This document shows positions 19,171 through 28,643 of a stretch of DNA of 30,442 bases, piece by piece; position 1 is the first letter of the stretch, and the number at the start of each line of letters is the position of its first letter. Source of the stretch: Bacteroidota bacterium. GTDB lineage: Bacteria; Bacteroidota; Bacteroidia; Flavobacteriales_D; Sanyastnellaceae. Location: contig JBJTWB010000275.1 in assembly GCA_046081505.1 (NCBI GenBank), positions 1 through 30,442 on the forward strand, given 5' to 3'. The position numbers were made by a program, and so were the translations under genes. Below the pieces are notes generated by a model. It worked only from the letters and a program-made list of their open reading frames with translations, searched no databases and was not told the DNA's origin.

Positions 19171-20218
19171 TGTTGCAGAATTGCGTTTTAAAAACGGACG
19201 TAAAGGCTATTATCGTAAAGGAGCCATGGACTTATATCAGGGCGATGTAGTAGTTGTTGAAGCACAATCTGGATATGATGTTGGAGTGGTTTCATTAACA
19301 GGTGAGCTTGTTCGAATTCAAATGAATAAGCGCGATGTTAAAGACAACTATGAGCTGAAGAAAATTCTTCGCAAGGCAGAGCAAACAGACTTTGAAACGT
19401 GGCAAAATGCCCGGAAAGAAGAGCAAACCACCATGATTCGTGCTAGAGAAATTGTGCGTGAATTGGGTTTGAATATGAAATTAAGCGATGTTGAATTTCA
19501 AGGAGACAGAACGCGCGCAACATTTTACTACTCAGCGGAAGAGCGCGTAGATTTCAGAGAGCTTATTAAACGCTATGCCGATGCGTTTAAAGTTCGAATT
19601 GAAATGAGGCAAATTGGTCTACGGGTGGAAGCGGGAAGATTGGGCGGAATTGGTTCTTGTGGAAGAGAGTTGTGCTGCTCAAGTTGGTTAACGGATTTCA
19701 GAGCAGTTTCAACCAGCGCTGCGCGATACCAGCAGTTGTCATTGAATCCGGGAAAACTTGCAGGGCAATGCGGAAAATTAAAGTGTTGTTTGAATTATGA
19801 ATTGGATCAATACTTTGAGGCGGTTAAGAAATTGCCCCCCTCAAATGTGAAATTAAAATTGGCGAAGGGAACTGCAATTCATTTTAAAACAGACATTTTC
19901 AACGGCGTGTTGTATTACAACATTGAAGGAGTATACGGAGAGCCGCTATTGGCTTTAGGTGCAGATACCGTTCGCGATATCATTGAAAAAAATAAAAAAG
20001 GAATTGTAGTTGGAGAAGTTGTTTCCATTCAGCAGGACATGGAGCCTGTTGCAAAAACAGATTTTGCTGAGGTGGTTGGTCAAGATGATTTGCACCGCTT
20101 CGACAAGAAAAAGAAGCCAAACAAATCAGGAGGAAAAGGTGGAAAGCGCCCCTTTAGAAATAAAGGAAATAATCAAAAACCGAATCAATCCAATAACGCT
20201 GGAAACAAACCAAAATGA
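19118..20218 (+). CDS. ricT: RicT/YaaT (PSP1-domain, 'stage 0 sporulation family') protein, probably 5'-truncated
   Basis: ELRFKNGRKGYY, KLSDVEFQGD, RVDFRELIK, GSCGRELCCSSW, GQCGKLKCCLNYE; K/N/G-rich tail; begins abruptly at VFDWL. Confidence 0.85.
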   Translation: MFDWLAGVPLPEGQKPFDVAELRFKNGRKGYYRKGAMDLYQGDVVVVEAQSGYDVGVVSLTGELVRIQMNKRDVKDNYELKKILRKAEQTDFETWQNARKEEQTTMIRAREIVRELGLNMKLSDVEFQGDRTRATFYYSAEERVDFRELIKRYADAFKVRIEMRQIGLRVEAGRLGGIGSCGRELCCSSWLTDFRAVSTSAARYQQLSLNPGKLAGQCGKLKCCLNYELDQYFEAVKKLPPSNVKLKLAKGTAIHFKTDIFNGVLYYNIEGVYGEPLLALGADTVRDIIEKNKKGIVVGEVVSIQQDMEPVAKTDFAEVVGQDDLHRFDKKKKPNKSGGKGGKRPFRNKGNNQKPNQSNNAGNKPK

Positions 20219-20682
20219 AGCCTCTCTATTTAAGCATCTTTTTGTTATCTATCCTCTTCTCATCATGCTCAGACGAGGCGGTTTATGAGGGAAATAAGGT
20301 TATTGAAAACGGAATTTGGGACAGTCAGAACGTTGCTGTGTTTGAATTTGATATTATGGACACCGTTAATCTTCACGATTTCTTTTTAGATATTCGAAAC
20401 GGGGAAGAATATGAATTCAGTAATTTGAATGTATTTATTGAAATGGAATTTCCGAATGGAAAGCTAGCCGTAGACACTTTAGAGTGTCCCATGGCAGATG
20501 AGCTGGGAAATTGGTACGGAAAAGGCGGTCTAGGTGATTTGTATGACAACCGAATTATTTACAAATCGAAAAAACAATTTCCAATTGCAGGACATTATAA
20601 AGTGAGTATTCATCAAGGAATGCGCGTAAACCCTTTGCCAGGAATTTACGACATAGGCTTTCGTCTAGCGAAGTCGAAGTAA
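20215..20682 (+). CDS. gldH: Gliding motility lipoprotein GldH
   Basis: Lipobox LFSSC; IRNGEEYEFSNL, DTLECPMAD...GNWYGKG, YKVSIHQGMR; ATGA overlap with ricT. Confidence 0.88.
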   Translation: MKPLYLSIFLLSILFSSCSDEAVYEGNKVIENGIWDSQNVAVFEFDIMDTVNLHDFFLDIRNGEEYEFSNLNVFIEMEFPNGKLAVDTLECPMADELGNWYGKGGLGDLYDNRIIYKSKKQFPIAGHYKVSIHQGMRVNPLPGIYDIGFRLAKSK

Positions 20683-20685
20683 AAC

Positions 20686-21426
20686 CTATTTCAGATTTTT
20701 TTTGCTCCAAATGTTGTATTTCATAATACACCAAATGGCTCTAAATCCATCTTTCCATCCAATTTTTTTACCTTCTTCATACGTTCTTCCGTAATAAGAA
20801 ATTCCAACCTCGTATATGCGAATGTTTGGAATACGTGAAAGCTTGGCAGTTACTTCAGGCTCGAACCCGAAGCGTTTTTCTTTTAACAACAAACTTTTTG
20901 CAATGTCTGCACGCATCAGTTTGTAACAGGTTTCCATGTCTGTTAAATTCAAATTGGTGAACATGTTACTTGCAAAAGTTAGCCACCCATTTCCAATGCT
21001 ATGCCAGAAGAATAGAATGCGGTGGGGTTTTCCACCCATGAAACGAGAACCGTACACAACATCTGCCCCTGCTTTAAATACCGGTTTAATGAGTACGTTG
21101 AACTCTTCTGGATCGTATTCCAAATCAGCATCTTGTACAATGACAAAATCGCCAGAGGCAATTTCAATAGCCTTGTGAATAGCGGCACCCTTTCCCTGAT
21201 TTACAGGCTGAGAATAAAATTTAAAATCACGCTCTGGATGATTGGCGATATATGCCTCAACAACTTCAACTGTGTTGTCGCGAGAAGCATCGTTTACAAT
21301 GACAATCTCCATTTGTATGTTGTTCGGAAGAACAACTTCGCCAATTCTATCTAGAATATGATGAATGGTAGCTCCCTCGTTGTATGCTGGAATTAATACA
21401 GAAAGTTTATTGAACGGATGATTCAT
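20686..21426 (-). CDS. Glycosyltransferase family 2 (DPM1-like polyprenol-phosphate glycosyltransferase)
   Basis: [46 protein letters not shown]. Confidence 0.92.
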   Translation of the reverse strand: MNHPFNKLSVLIPAYNEGATIHHILDRIGEVVLPNNIQMEIVIVNDASRDNTVEVVEAYIANHPERDFKFYSQPVNQGKGAAIHKAIEIASGDFVIVQDADLEYDPEEFNVLIKPVFKAGADVVYGSRFMGGKPHRILFFWHSIGNGWLTFASNMFTNLNLTDMETCYKLMRADIAKSLLLKEKRFGFEPEVTAKLSRIPNIRIYEVGISYYGRTYEEGKKIGWKDGFRAIWCIMKYNIWSKKNLK

Positions 21427-21716
21427 TTTTGCTTAATCATTTTAGGAACACGAAAATAATACATGTCTTTTGCAGGGGCATTGCTTAGTGCTTCCGCTTG
21501 GGAAATAGTTGATTTTACTTCATCTTCGCGAAGCACGGTGTTTGAAGACGTCATAAACATGAGAGGCTCTACACTCGTGGTATCAAGCTCTTTTAGCTTA
21601 TCCACGAAAGCAATCATTTCATTTAGCCCCTTCACCATTTCGTTTTCCTCCTCATTGGTAAAGGAAAGCTTACTCAACTTCGCTAATTTTTGAACTGTGG
21701 CCTTATCTACTTCCAT
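21423..21716 (-). CDS. gatC: Asp-tRNA(Asn)/Glu-tRNA(Gln) amidotransferase subunit C
   Basis: [32 protein letters not shown]...YFRVPKMI. Start taken as ATG 21716 (track start 21737). Confidence 0.9.
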   Translation of the reverse strand: MEVDKATVQKLAKLSKLSFTNEEENEMVKGLNEMIAFVDKLKELDTTSVEPLMFMTSSNTVLREDEVKSTISQAEALSNAPAKDMYYFRVPKMIKQK

Positions 21717-22449
21717 TTGCGTTGAGTTCGAGTTCAATTATTTCTCGAACATGATTGCGCAAAGTTAATACATCTCTTGCTTTTTCAGTGTTGGGATAGA
21801 TTGGCTCATGAATAACCACATCAACCACCTGAGGAGATGAAAATTGAAACAGTTTACCGGGGTCTAAAAGAATCTTATAATTTGATTTGAAGGTGATGGG
21901 AACAACGGGAACCTGATTTTCAACAGCCACCTTGAAAGCACCGTTTTTAAAAGGAAGCAGACCGGGCGCATGATCGGGAATAGTACCTTCTGGATACATA
22001 GCTACAGGCATTCCGTTTCGCAAACTTTTGGCTACGCGGTCCATGGCTACCAAGGCCGCTTTCGTTTGTCCGCGTCGAATGGGGATGTCTTGTTTTCGGA
22101 AAAATAAATTGAACAGGGGCCACTTCAGTAACTCACCTTTTCCCACAAAAAGAAAAGGCCGTTGAATAACTTCATACATGAAAACGGTGTCTAGGTAACT
22201 GCTGTGATTTGCAACAATAAGAAAAGCACCTTCCGGTAGTTTTGCTTTTTGATTGATTTGAATGGGACAGAAGATAAATTTTCGAATACAAGTACCCCAC
22301 CAGCGCTTCAAAGGAAAAGCTCGCCAATGTCTTTCACGGTTCTTATAAATCCAAACAAAAGGGATGTAAAGTAGAATGAGACTGAACCAAAATACAAGAC
22401 CTATCCACAATTTGTAGAGGAAATACAAAGGACGAAATAGAAGGCTCAA
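21703..22449 (-). CDS. Lysophospholipid acyltransferase (PlsC family)
   Basis: ANHSSYLD (HxxxxD), FIPIRRG-like DIPIRRG, YPEGT, FKNGAF, PVVPI; TTG start. Confidence 0.9.
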   Translation of the reverse strand: MSLLFRPLYFLYKLWIGLVFWFSLILLYIPFVWIYKNRERHWRAFPLKRWWGTCIRKFIFCPIQINQKAKLPEGAFLIVANHSSYLDTVFMYEVIQRPFLFVGKGELLKWPLFNLFFRKQDIPIRRGQTKAALVAMDRVAKSLRNGMPVAMYPEGTIPDHAPGLLPFKNGAFKVAVENQVPVVPITFKSNYKILLDPGKLFQFSSPQVVDVVIHEPIYPNTEKARDVLTLRNHVREIIELELNANGSR

Positions 22450-22488
22450 GTTTAATAGGTTCTTGTTGTGAAGTTATGAAGGCACGAG

Positions 22489-23469
22489 CTAAACTTCACT
22501 ATAACCCAAATTTTTTCTTACCCTGCTTAAAGTAGCTTGAGCGGTAGAGCGAGCCTTTTCAGCGCCTTGAAGTAAAATTTGATTCAGCGTTGCCTTATCT
22601 TGAATGAGTTCAGTATAAGCTGCACGCTCTTGTGAGAAGCGATCTAAAATTAAACCCAGCAATTCTTTTTTAGCATGTCCCCAGCCGTATCCGCCTGCCA
22701 TGAGTTGCTCTTTCATTGTTGCTGAAAACGCAGGACCGCCAATTAAATCAACCAAGGCACAAATGGCGTTTGCGTTGGGGTCTTTTGGGTCCTCAAGCGC
22801 TGTTGCATCGGTTACAATCTGCTTGTTTATTACATCTTTCAATGCTTTTTCAGGAAGGAAAATATCTATGTAGTTTCCATAACTTTTGCTCATCTTTTGA
22901 CCATCTGTGCCTGGCACGTACATGGTTGCTTCGTTCACTTTTGATTTAGGAAGAACAAAGGTTTCACCCATCTGATGATTGAAAGCTGCGGCAATGTCTC
23001 GTGTTATTTCTAAATGTTGCAGTTGATCTTTTCCCACAGGAACTTCTTCAGCATCATATAAGATAATATCAGCAGCCATAAGAACAGGATAAGTAAAAAG
23101 CCCGGCATTCACGTCTTTTAATCGGTCTGACTTGTCTTTGAAGCTATGAGCATTAGCCAACATAGGGAAGGGCGTAAAACAATTCAAATACCAAGTCAGC
23201 TCAGCAACTTCAGGCACATCACCTTGTCTATAAAACACGTTTTTATTCGCATCGAAACCACATGCTAGCCAAGCTGCGGCAACGCTATATGTATTTTCTT
23301 TTAAGAGTTCAGCGTTTTTAATTTGAGTTAAGGTGTGAAAATTTGCTATAAAAAGGTACGCCTCATTATTTGGCAAATTACTCATTTCTATTGCGGGTAA
23401 AATTGCACCTAAGATATTCCCCAAGTGTGGAGTTCCAGTACTCTGAATGCCTGTTAATACGCGTGCCAT
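22489..23469 (-). CDS. trpS: Tryptophan--tRNA ligase
   Basis: TGIQSTGTPHLGN, YPVLMAADI, VPVGKDQLQH, KMSKS. Confidence 0.97.
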   Translation of the reverse strand: MARVLTGIQSTGTPHLGNILGAILPAIEMSNLPNNEAYLFIANFHTLTQIKNAELLKENTYSVAAAWLACGFDANKNVFYRQGDVPEVAELTWYLNCFTPFPMLANAHSFKDKSDRLKDVNAGLFTYPVLMAADIILYDAEEVPVGKDQLQHLEITRDIAAAFNHQMGETFVLPKSKVNEATMYVPGTDGQKMSKSYGNYIDIFLPEKALKDVINKQIVTDATALEDPKDPNANAICALVDLIGGPAFSATMKEQLMAGGYGWGHAKKELLGLILDRFSQERAAYTELIQDKATLNQILLQGAEKARSTAQATLSRVRKNLGYSEV

Positions 23470-23499
23470 AATTCTATTTTTCGATGCAAAGAAAGGTCA

Positions 23500-24816
23500 T
23501 TATTTGCTTTTTTCTTTATCGTATTTTTTCTTGTACAACAGATACATTTCAGTTTGCATGTTACTTAATTCAATGCTTCTTCCGTTAATGTAGGCCAGTC
23601 GAAGTTGGTTGGTGGTAACATTTAATGCGTCACCATAAGAAACGAAAAGTGTTGCACTTTTTCCAACTTCGAGACTGCCGAATTGGCTATCAACACCAAG
23701 TATTTTTGCTGCGTTTAGCGTAAGTGCTTTTACAGCCTCTTCGTAAGGAAGGCCATGGGCAACGGCGGTTCCTGCCATGAACGGAAGGTTCCGTGTTCCC
23801 ATACGTTCCATGTCTCCTTCATTTTGAAAAGCAAATACAATTCCAGCGTCATATAATTTTTTTGCAAGAGCGAATGAGGCGTGTGGATCATCTTCATCAA
23901 GGGTGGCAAGGTCATGCACGCGACGAAGCAGAACAGAAATATTTTCTTCTTTTAAGATTGATGCAGCAAGTGGAGCGTCATACCCCCCAACCAGCACCAT
24001 TTTTACAATACCCATATTTCGCTTGAATTGAACAGCTTCGTGAATTGATTTTAATTCATCTGCGTGAACATAAAGTGTTTTGGATCCATCGAAGAGTCCT
24101 TTCATGGCTTCGAAGCGCAACTCAGTAAGTTCACCTTTAGGCGCTTTTGTGTATGCTTTTGCGTCTGTGAGAAACAATTCAATTTCTCTTTTTTGTTGTT
24201 CGTAGGTTTTCACTTTTGACACAAGTATTCTGCCTTTGTCATAGTGTCTGTGAATGACTTGAGGCCAGTTTAGATGCAGGCCGTCGTCTGCACGCACCAC
24301 GGCGTCTTCCCAATTCCAGGCGTCGAATTGCATGATAGAGGAGGAACCTGAAATTATTCCGCCACGCGGCGTTACTTGTCCAAGTAACACACCGTTTGAA
24401 CGAACGGTGGGAATAATTTCGGAATCGGCATTATATGCAATAACCGAACGAACGCTCGGTTTAAATGTGCCCACTTCATACAAATCGTTCTGTGCACGAA
24501 TTGCATCTATTTCAACCAAACCTAGTGAAGTATTTGGCGCAATGAATCCAGGGTATACGTGCTGACCTTCTATAGGAATGACCTTGTCGAATTTACTCAC
24601 GTCTAAGCGAGAAACAGTAGCGTCTGCAACCAATGTAATGACCCCCTTCTCAAAGGCAATGTAGGCGTTTTCTATCACCTTTCCATTTCCCAAATGCGCA
24701 TAGCAGTTGGTCAATAGAATGGAGTTGCTTTGCGCTGGTGCAGGTGTAGGGCGGTGTTGTGCTTGAACAGCAATTGCTGAAAGTAATGCAAGTGATATAA
24801 CTATTTTTCTAATCAT
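23500..24816 (-). CDS. Exported amidohydrolase-family protein with degenerate metal site
   Basis: Signal peptide; PGFIAPNT in place of PGxIDxHxH; ALTLNAAKILG...GSLEVGKSATL superfamily C-terminal motif. Confidence 0.85.
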   Translation of the reverse strand: MIRKIVISLALLSAIAVQAQHRPTPAPAQSNSILLTNCYAHLGNGKVIENAYIAFEKGVITLVADATVSRLDVSKFDKVIPIEGQHVYPGFIAPNTSLGLVEIDAIRAQNDLYEVGTFKPSVRSVIAYNADSEIIPTVRSNGVLLGQVTPRGGIISGSSSIMQFDAWNWEDAVVRADDGLHLNWPQVIHRHYDKGRILVSKVKTYEQQKREIELFLTDAKAYTKAPKGELTELRFEAMKGLFDGSKTLYVHADELKSIHEAVQFKRNMGIVKMVLVGGYDAPLAASILKEENISVLLRRVHDLATLDEDDPHASFALAKKLYDAGIVFAFQNEGDMERMGTRNLPFMAGTAVAHGLPYEEAVKALTLNAAKILGVDSQFGSLEVGKSATLFVSYGDALNVTTNQLRLAYINGRSIELSNMQTEMYLLYKKKYDKEKSK

Positions 24817-24822
24817 TGTTTC

Positions 24823-27800
24823 TTATTCTTTAATGAAAATGCCTTTAGAAGTTTCGTCCATACTATTACAATGAAAATGAAATGGGTTTTTTGGTTGAGG
24901 CTTTCGTGTGGAAGCTCCGCCATTTTTTGCCTCCTCCATTTTCTGGATAATTCGTTCACGTTCAGATGCAAAGGCCACCCTTGCTTTTTCATCATCTTCC
25001 AAGTTGAAATAACAAGCTCCATCTATGTACGTCTTTTCTGCTCGAGCATAAATACTTAAGGGCTCGTTGTTCCAAACCACAAAGTCTGCATCTTTTCCAA
25101 CTTTTAACGAGCCCATGCGATCATCTAAGTGTAAAAGTTTAGCCGGATTCAAGGTTACCATCTTCAAGGCTTCTTCCTCCGGAACACTTCCATACTTTAC
25201 AATTTTTCCTGCTTCTTGATTTAAGCGAGCGCCCATTTCCGCATCATCTGAATTGATGGCAACAATAATTCCTTGCTCATACATAACAGCGGCATTGTAT
25301 GGAATAGCATCTTTAACTTCTGCTTTGTATGCCCACCAATCGCTGAATGTGGACGCTCCCGCTCCGTGAGCTTTCATTTTATCTGCGACTTTATAACCCT
25401 CTAAAATATGTGTGAATGTATTTATTTTGAAGTTGAAACTGTCTGCCACATGCATGAGCATGTTTATTTCACTTTGCACATAGCTGTGACAGGTAATGAA
25501 ACGTTCTTTGCGAAGAATTTCTAAAATGGTCTCCAATTCTAAATCCCTTCTTGGAGCGCTAGGCATGGGAAGACCTTTCTTGACTTTCTTACAAGCGGCG
25601 TAGTAATTTTCCCAGGTTTTTCCGTATTCCAACGCGCGGTAGAAATGATCGTAATACACCTGCTCAACTCCCATGCGGGTTTGTGGGAAACGCGTTACTG
25701 CGCGATCTCCCCAATTGCTTTGTTTGACGTTTTCCCCTAAAGCGAATTTGATAAATCCAGGTGCGTTCTCAATCTTCATTCCTTCTGCATTTGCTCCCCA
25801 ACGGAATTTTACCAAAGCACTTTGTCCACCAATTGGATTGGCACTTCCGTGAAGCAACTGCGAAGCCGTTGTACCACCAGAGAGTTGACGGTAGATGTCA
25901 ATGTCTTCCGGATAGATGACACTTCCTTCTTCAACTTCTGCACTGCTAGCTTGTGTGCCTTCATTTACACTCGAAAGCGCAATGTGGCTGTGCTCATCAA
26001 TAATACCAGGTGAAATGTGTTTTCCTGTGGCTTCTATTTCTTTCACAACCTCACCTTTCGGAATTACAAGATCTAAGCCTATTCCAGCAATTTTTCCGCT
26101 TTTTACCCAAAGGTCTCCTTCTTGAATTTTTCCATTTTCACAGGTCCACAATGTGGCATTGCGAAACACCACGTTTTCTTGTTGGGGCAGCGAGGTTCTT
26201 CCGTAGGCGGTGAACGGATAAATGATTTCGCCGGGAAGTGATTTTGTTTTTTCACCCTTTTTTACTTCTTCTTTTTTCGGAAAAGAAGTAACGGTTGCAC
26301 GCATTGAAAACGGAAGTTTTCCAAAGGTGACAAGATCTAAAACAAGCTCTTTTTCAGTTGAATGAATATTTCCTGAAACACGTGTAAAAGCCGTGCTGTC
26401 GAGCATTATTTCTCCAACTGGAAAACCATCTTTTAACTGTAATTTCAATTGAACAAGTGTGCTGTCTTTCGAACTAGAACCAAGCGCCTCATGAAGTTTT
26501 TTTAATTCCTCAGTTGTCTTCAATTTAGAACTAACTATTATTTCTTCCCCCTTACCTTTTTTACTTTCTGCTTTTATGCCGGTTCCTAAGACAGAAATGG
26601 CGTAAGTCCCTTCAAGAGAAATGGCATCAGCACTTGAAACAAAGTATGGTTTCCCGTTTACCCATGTTTCTAGCACCTTTGATTCAGATGTAAAAAGCTC
26701 TTTATTGGTAATAATAAAATTGGCGTCATACCCAGCAAGAATAGACCCCACGCGATGTTGAGCGTTCAAATATTGAGCTGGACGAGTAGTCAATGCGGCT
26801 AATGCAATATTCGCGGGTAGTCCGTTGTCAACAGCAATACGAATGTTTTCAAGCAATTGGCTTTTGTCTTCAAGTCCGCTAGAGGTAATACAGAATTCAA
26901 TTCCAGCTTTATTCAAATAGGCTAAGTTAAAAGGCGCCAATTCCCAATGTTTTAATTCTGCTGTAGAAATATATCGGTTGCTTGCAGGATCGCTCACATC
27001 AAACGCTTGGGGGTAATTTACAGGAACAATAAACTTACCTTTTGTGGCTTTCATTTCCTCGATGCGCTGGTATTCGTTTCCTCCTGTTTTGAACAAATAC
27101 TGCACACCAAACTCATCACCAATAGCGTCAGCACGAAGAATGTTCCATTTGTCATTGGCTTCGAAAATTTGAGCAAGATTGCTATTCACGTTCATTGCGC
27201 GAAGAGAGAGGTTTGTTTCAACCGATTCCTTCAAATTCGCGTACCAGCTTGCATCGCAGTAGGTTTGTCGAAGTAAAGCAATGCTTCCCATAATTGAAGA
27301 TGGGTATTGTTGTGGACTACTTCCTTTGTTAAACGAAAAATAAGCAGCGGCTTCAGCACGAATAACGTCGGTGTGTATCTCATTGCCAAGGGCGATCAAT
27401 GCACCAGTACCGCGAGAAATGCCGTCTGCCTTGTGCGCACATACCGCCGTTATTCCGGCATTTCGATAACTTGTCGCATCGTCATCATTGTGTTGAATTT
27501 GCAAGGAGGCATTATACTCAGGATGAATAGCAGCGTTCCAGCCTAAAATACTTTTTCCTGTTTCCTCGGTTTCTTCGCCGTGATTGTCATTTTGTTTTTT
27601 AGGAATTCCGTAAGTGGAAAAAGCATCAATGAATCCGGCGTAAATGAATTTTCCGCTGGCATCAATAATAGCGCAGTGTTTGGGTATGGGAATGTTTTTA
27701 CCTACAGAAATTATTTTCCCCTTTTCAACAATAACAGTTGCACCTTCAAGTTTAATCTCAGGTGTGGAATAGATAGTTGCATTCGTTAAGGCATAGGCGC

Positions 27801-27900
27801 TAACATCTTTTGGTCGAATACCATTGAATGGAAAGGTGTCTTGAGCAAACAAAAAGCATGAGTGCGAAGCAAGAAGGATTAAAAACAAAAGTTTTTTCAT
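24823..27900 (-). CDS. Exported tandem two-domain amidohydrolase-family protein
   Basis: MKKLLFLILL signal peptide (start moved to ATG 27900); domain 1 GFIDAFS...GSILAGYDANF, domain 2 PGIIDEHSH...INSD...GSLKVGKDADF. Confidence 0.88.
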   Translation of the reverse strand: MKKLLFLILLASHSCFLFAQDTFPFNGIRPKDVSAYALTNATIYSTPEIKLEGATVIVEKGKIISVGKNIPIPKHCAIIDASGKFIYAGFIDAFSTYGIPKKQNDNHGEETEETGKSILGWNAAIHPEYNASLQIQHNDDDATSYRNAGITAVCAHKADGISRGTGALIALGNEIHTDVIRAEAAAYFSFNKGSSPQQYPSSIMGSIALLRQTYCDASWYANLKESVETNLSLRAMNVNSNLAQIFEANDKWNILRADAIGDEFGVQYLFKTGGNEYQRIEEMKATKGKFIVPVNYPQAFDVSDPASNRYISTAELKHWELAPFNLAYLNKAGIEFCITSSGLEDKSQLLENIRIAVDNGLPANIALAALTTRPAQYLNAQHRVGSILAGYDANFIITNKELFTSESKVLETWVNGKPYFVSSADAISLEGTYAISVLGTGIKAESKKGKGEEIIVSSKLKTTEELKKLHEALGSSSKDSTLVQLKLQLKDGFPVGEIMLDSTAFTRVSGNIHSTEKELVLDLVTFGKLPFSMRATVTSFPKKEEVKKGEKTKSLPGEIIYPFTAYGRTSLPQQENVVFRNATLWTCENGKIQEGDLWVKSGKIAGIGLDLVIPKGEVVKEIEATGKHISPGIIDEHSHIALSSVNEGTQASSAEVEEGSVIYPEDIDIYRQLSGGTTASQLLHGSANPIGGQSALVKFRWGANAEGMKIENAPGFIKFALGENVKQSNWGDRAVTRFPQTRMGVEQVYYDHFYRALEYGKTWENYYAACKKVKKGLPMPSAPRRDLELETILEILRKERFITCHSYVQSEINMLMHVADSFNFKINTFTHILEGYKVADKMKAHGAGASTFSDWWAYKAEVKDAIPYNAAVMYEQGIIVAINSDDAEMGARLNQEAGKIVKYGSVPEEEALKMVTLNPAKLLHLDDRMGSLKVGKDADFVVWNNEPLSIYARAEKTYIDGACYFNLEDDEKARVAFASERERIIQKMEEAKNGGASTRKPQPKNPFHFHCNSMDETSKGIFIKE

Positions 27901-27918
27901 GTTGTCGTTTAAAAAGAA

Positions 27919-27932
27919 AATCGATTTCGATT
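27919..27932. repeat. Inverted repeat AATCGA-TT-TCGATT, operator-like
   Basis: Perfect 6-bp arms with 2-nt spacer, 4 nt downstream of the minus-strand -7 element. Confidence 0.35.
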
Positions 27933-27936
27933 CTAA

Positions 27937-27944
27937 CAAAAATA
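27937..27944 (-). promoter_or_regulatory. -7 promoter element (TATTTTTG) for the amidohydrolase operon
   Basis: Perfect TAnnTTTG on minus strand 36 nt above ATG 27900; the track's TTG start (27939) is inside it. Confidence 0.6.
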
Positions 27945-27992
27945 GTGGGATTCAAATGAACATGGCGTGTAAATGTTATCCTTGAATGCAAT

Positions 27993-28000
27993 TACATTTG
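27993..28000 (+). promoter_or_regulatory. -7 promoter element (TACATTTG) for nfu
   Basis: Perfect TAnnTTTG only 4 nt before ATG 28005. Confidence 0.55.
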
Positions 28001-28004
28001 TATT

Positions 28005-28643
28005 ATGAGCGAAATAAAAAAAATACCTACCGCATTATATGCCGAAATGACCCCGAATCCCGCGACCATGAAGTTTGTGGCGGATAGACTATTACTAGCG
28101 GGTGGCTTGCAAGTAGAATATCAGAATAAAAATGAAGCAAAAGGCTCCTCCCCTCTTGCAGAAGAACTATTTAACTTTCCTTTTGTAACAAATGTTTTCA
28201 TAGCTAACAATTTCGTTACCGTCACTAAAGATGAATCTTTAACCTGGGACATGATAGTTATGCAATTGAGGGAGTACATGAGAGAATGGTTAATGGATAA
28301 TGAAATTGCCGTAACAACGGTGCCAGCCCATTTGATGAATAGGGCCCCACAGTCCATTGCGAGTGACAATGATGAAAAGACAAGTTCAAACCCCCTTCCA
28401 AAGTTTGAATCCACAGAATTAGACGAAGCCATTCAAGCCATTCTTGAAGAATATGTAAAACCAGCGGTTGAGCGCGATGGCGGCGCAATAGATTTTATTG
28501 GATTTAAAGATAAAACGGTATATGTCCAAATGAAGGGTTCTTGTGCGGGTTGTCCATCTTCAACAGCAACGCTCAAGGGGGGTATTGAGAATTTATTAAA
28601 AGCGAAATTTCCTGAATCCATTGAATGTGTAAGTTCTATTTGA
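28005..28643 (+). CDS. Nfu/NifU-family Fe-S cluster carrier (Nfu_N + NifU-C domains)
   Basis: EMTPNPATMKF, SPLAEELF...FIANNFVTVTK; YVKPAVERDGG, GSCAGCPSSTATLKGGIE (CxxC). Confidence 0.92.
   Translation: MSEIKKIPTALYAEMTPNPATMKFVADRLLLAGGLQVEYQNKNEAKGSSPLAEELFNFPFVTNVFIANNFVTVTKDESLTWDMIVMQLREYMREWLMDNEIAVTTVPAHLMNRAPQSIASDNDEKTSSNPLPKFESTELDEAIQAILEEYVKPAVERDGGAIDFIGFKDKTVYVQMKGSCAGCPSSTATLKGGIENLLKAKFPESIECVSSI

Noticed and set aside
22469-23494. Possible -7 elements for the acyltransferase (TAACTTCA, 22476-22469) and trpS (TTTCTTTG, 23494-23487)
   Set aside because: Each deviates at a conserved position and lacks a clear -33 element; not distinguishable from background
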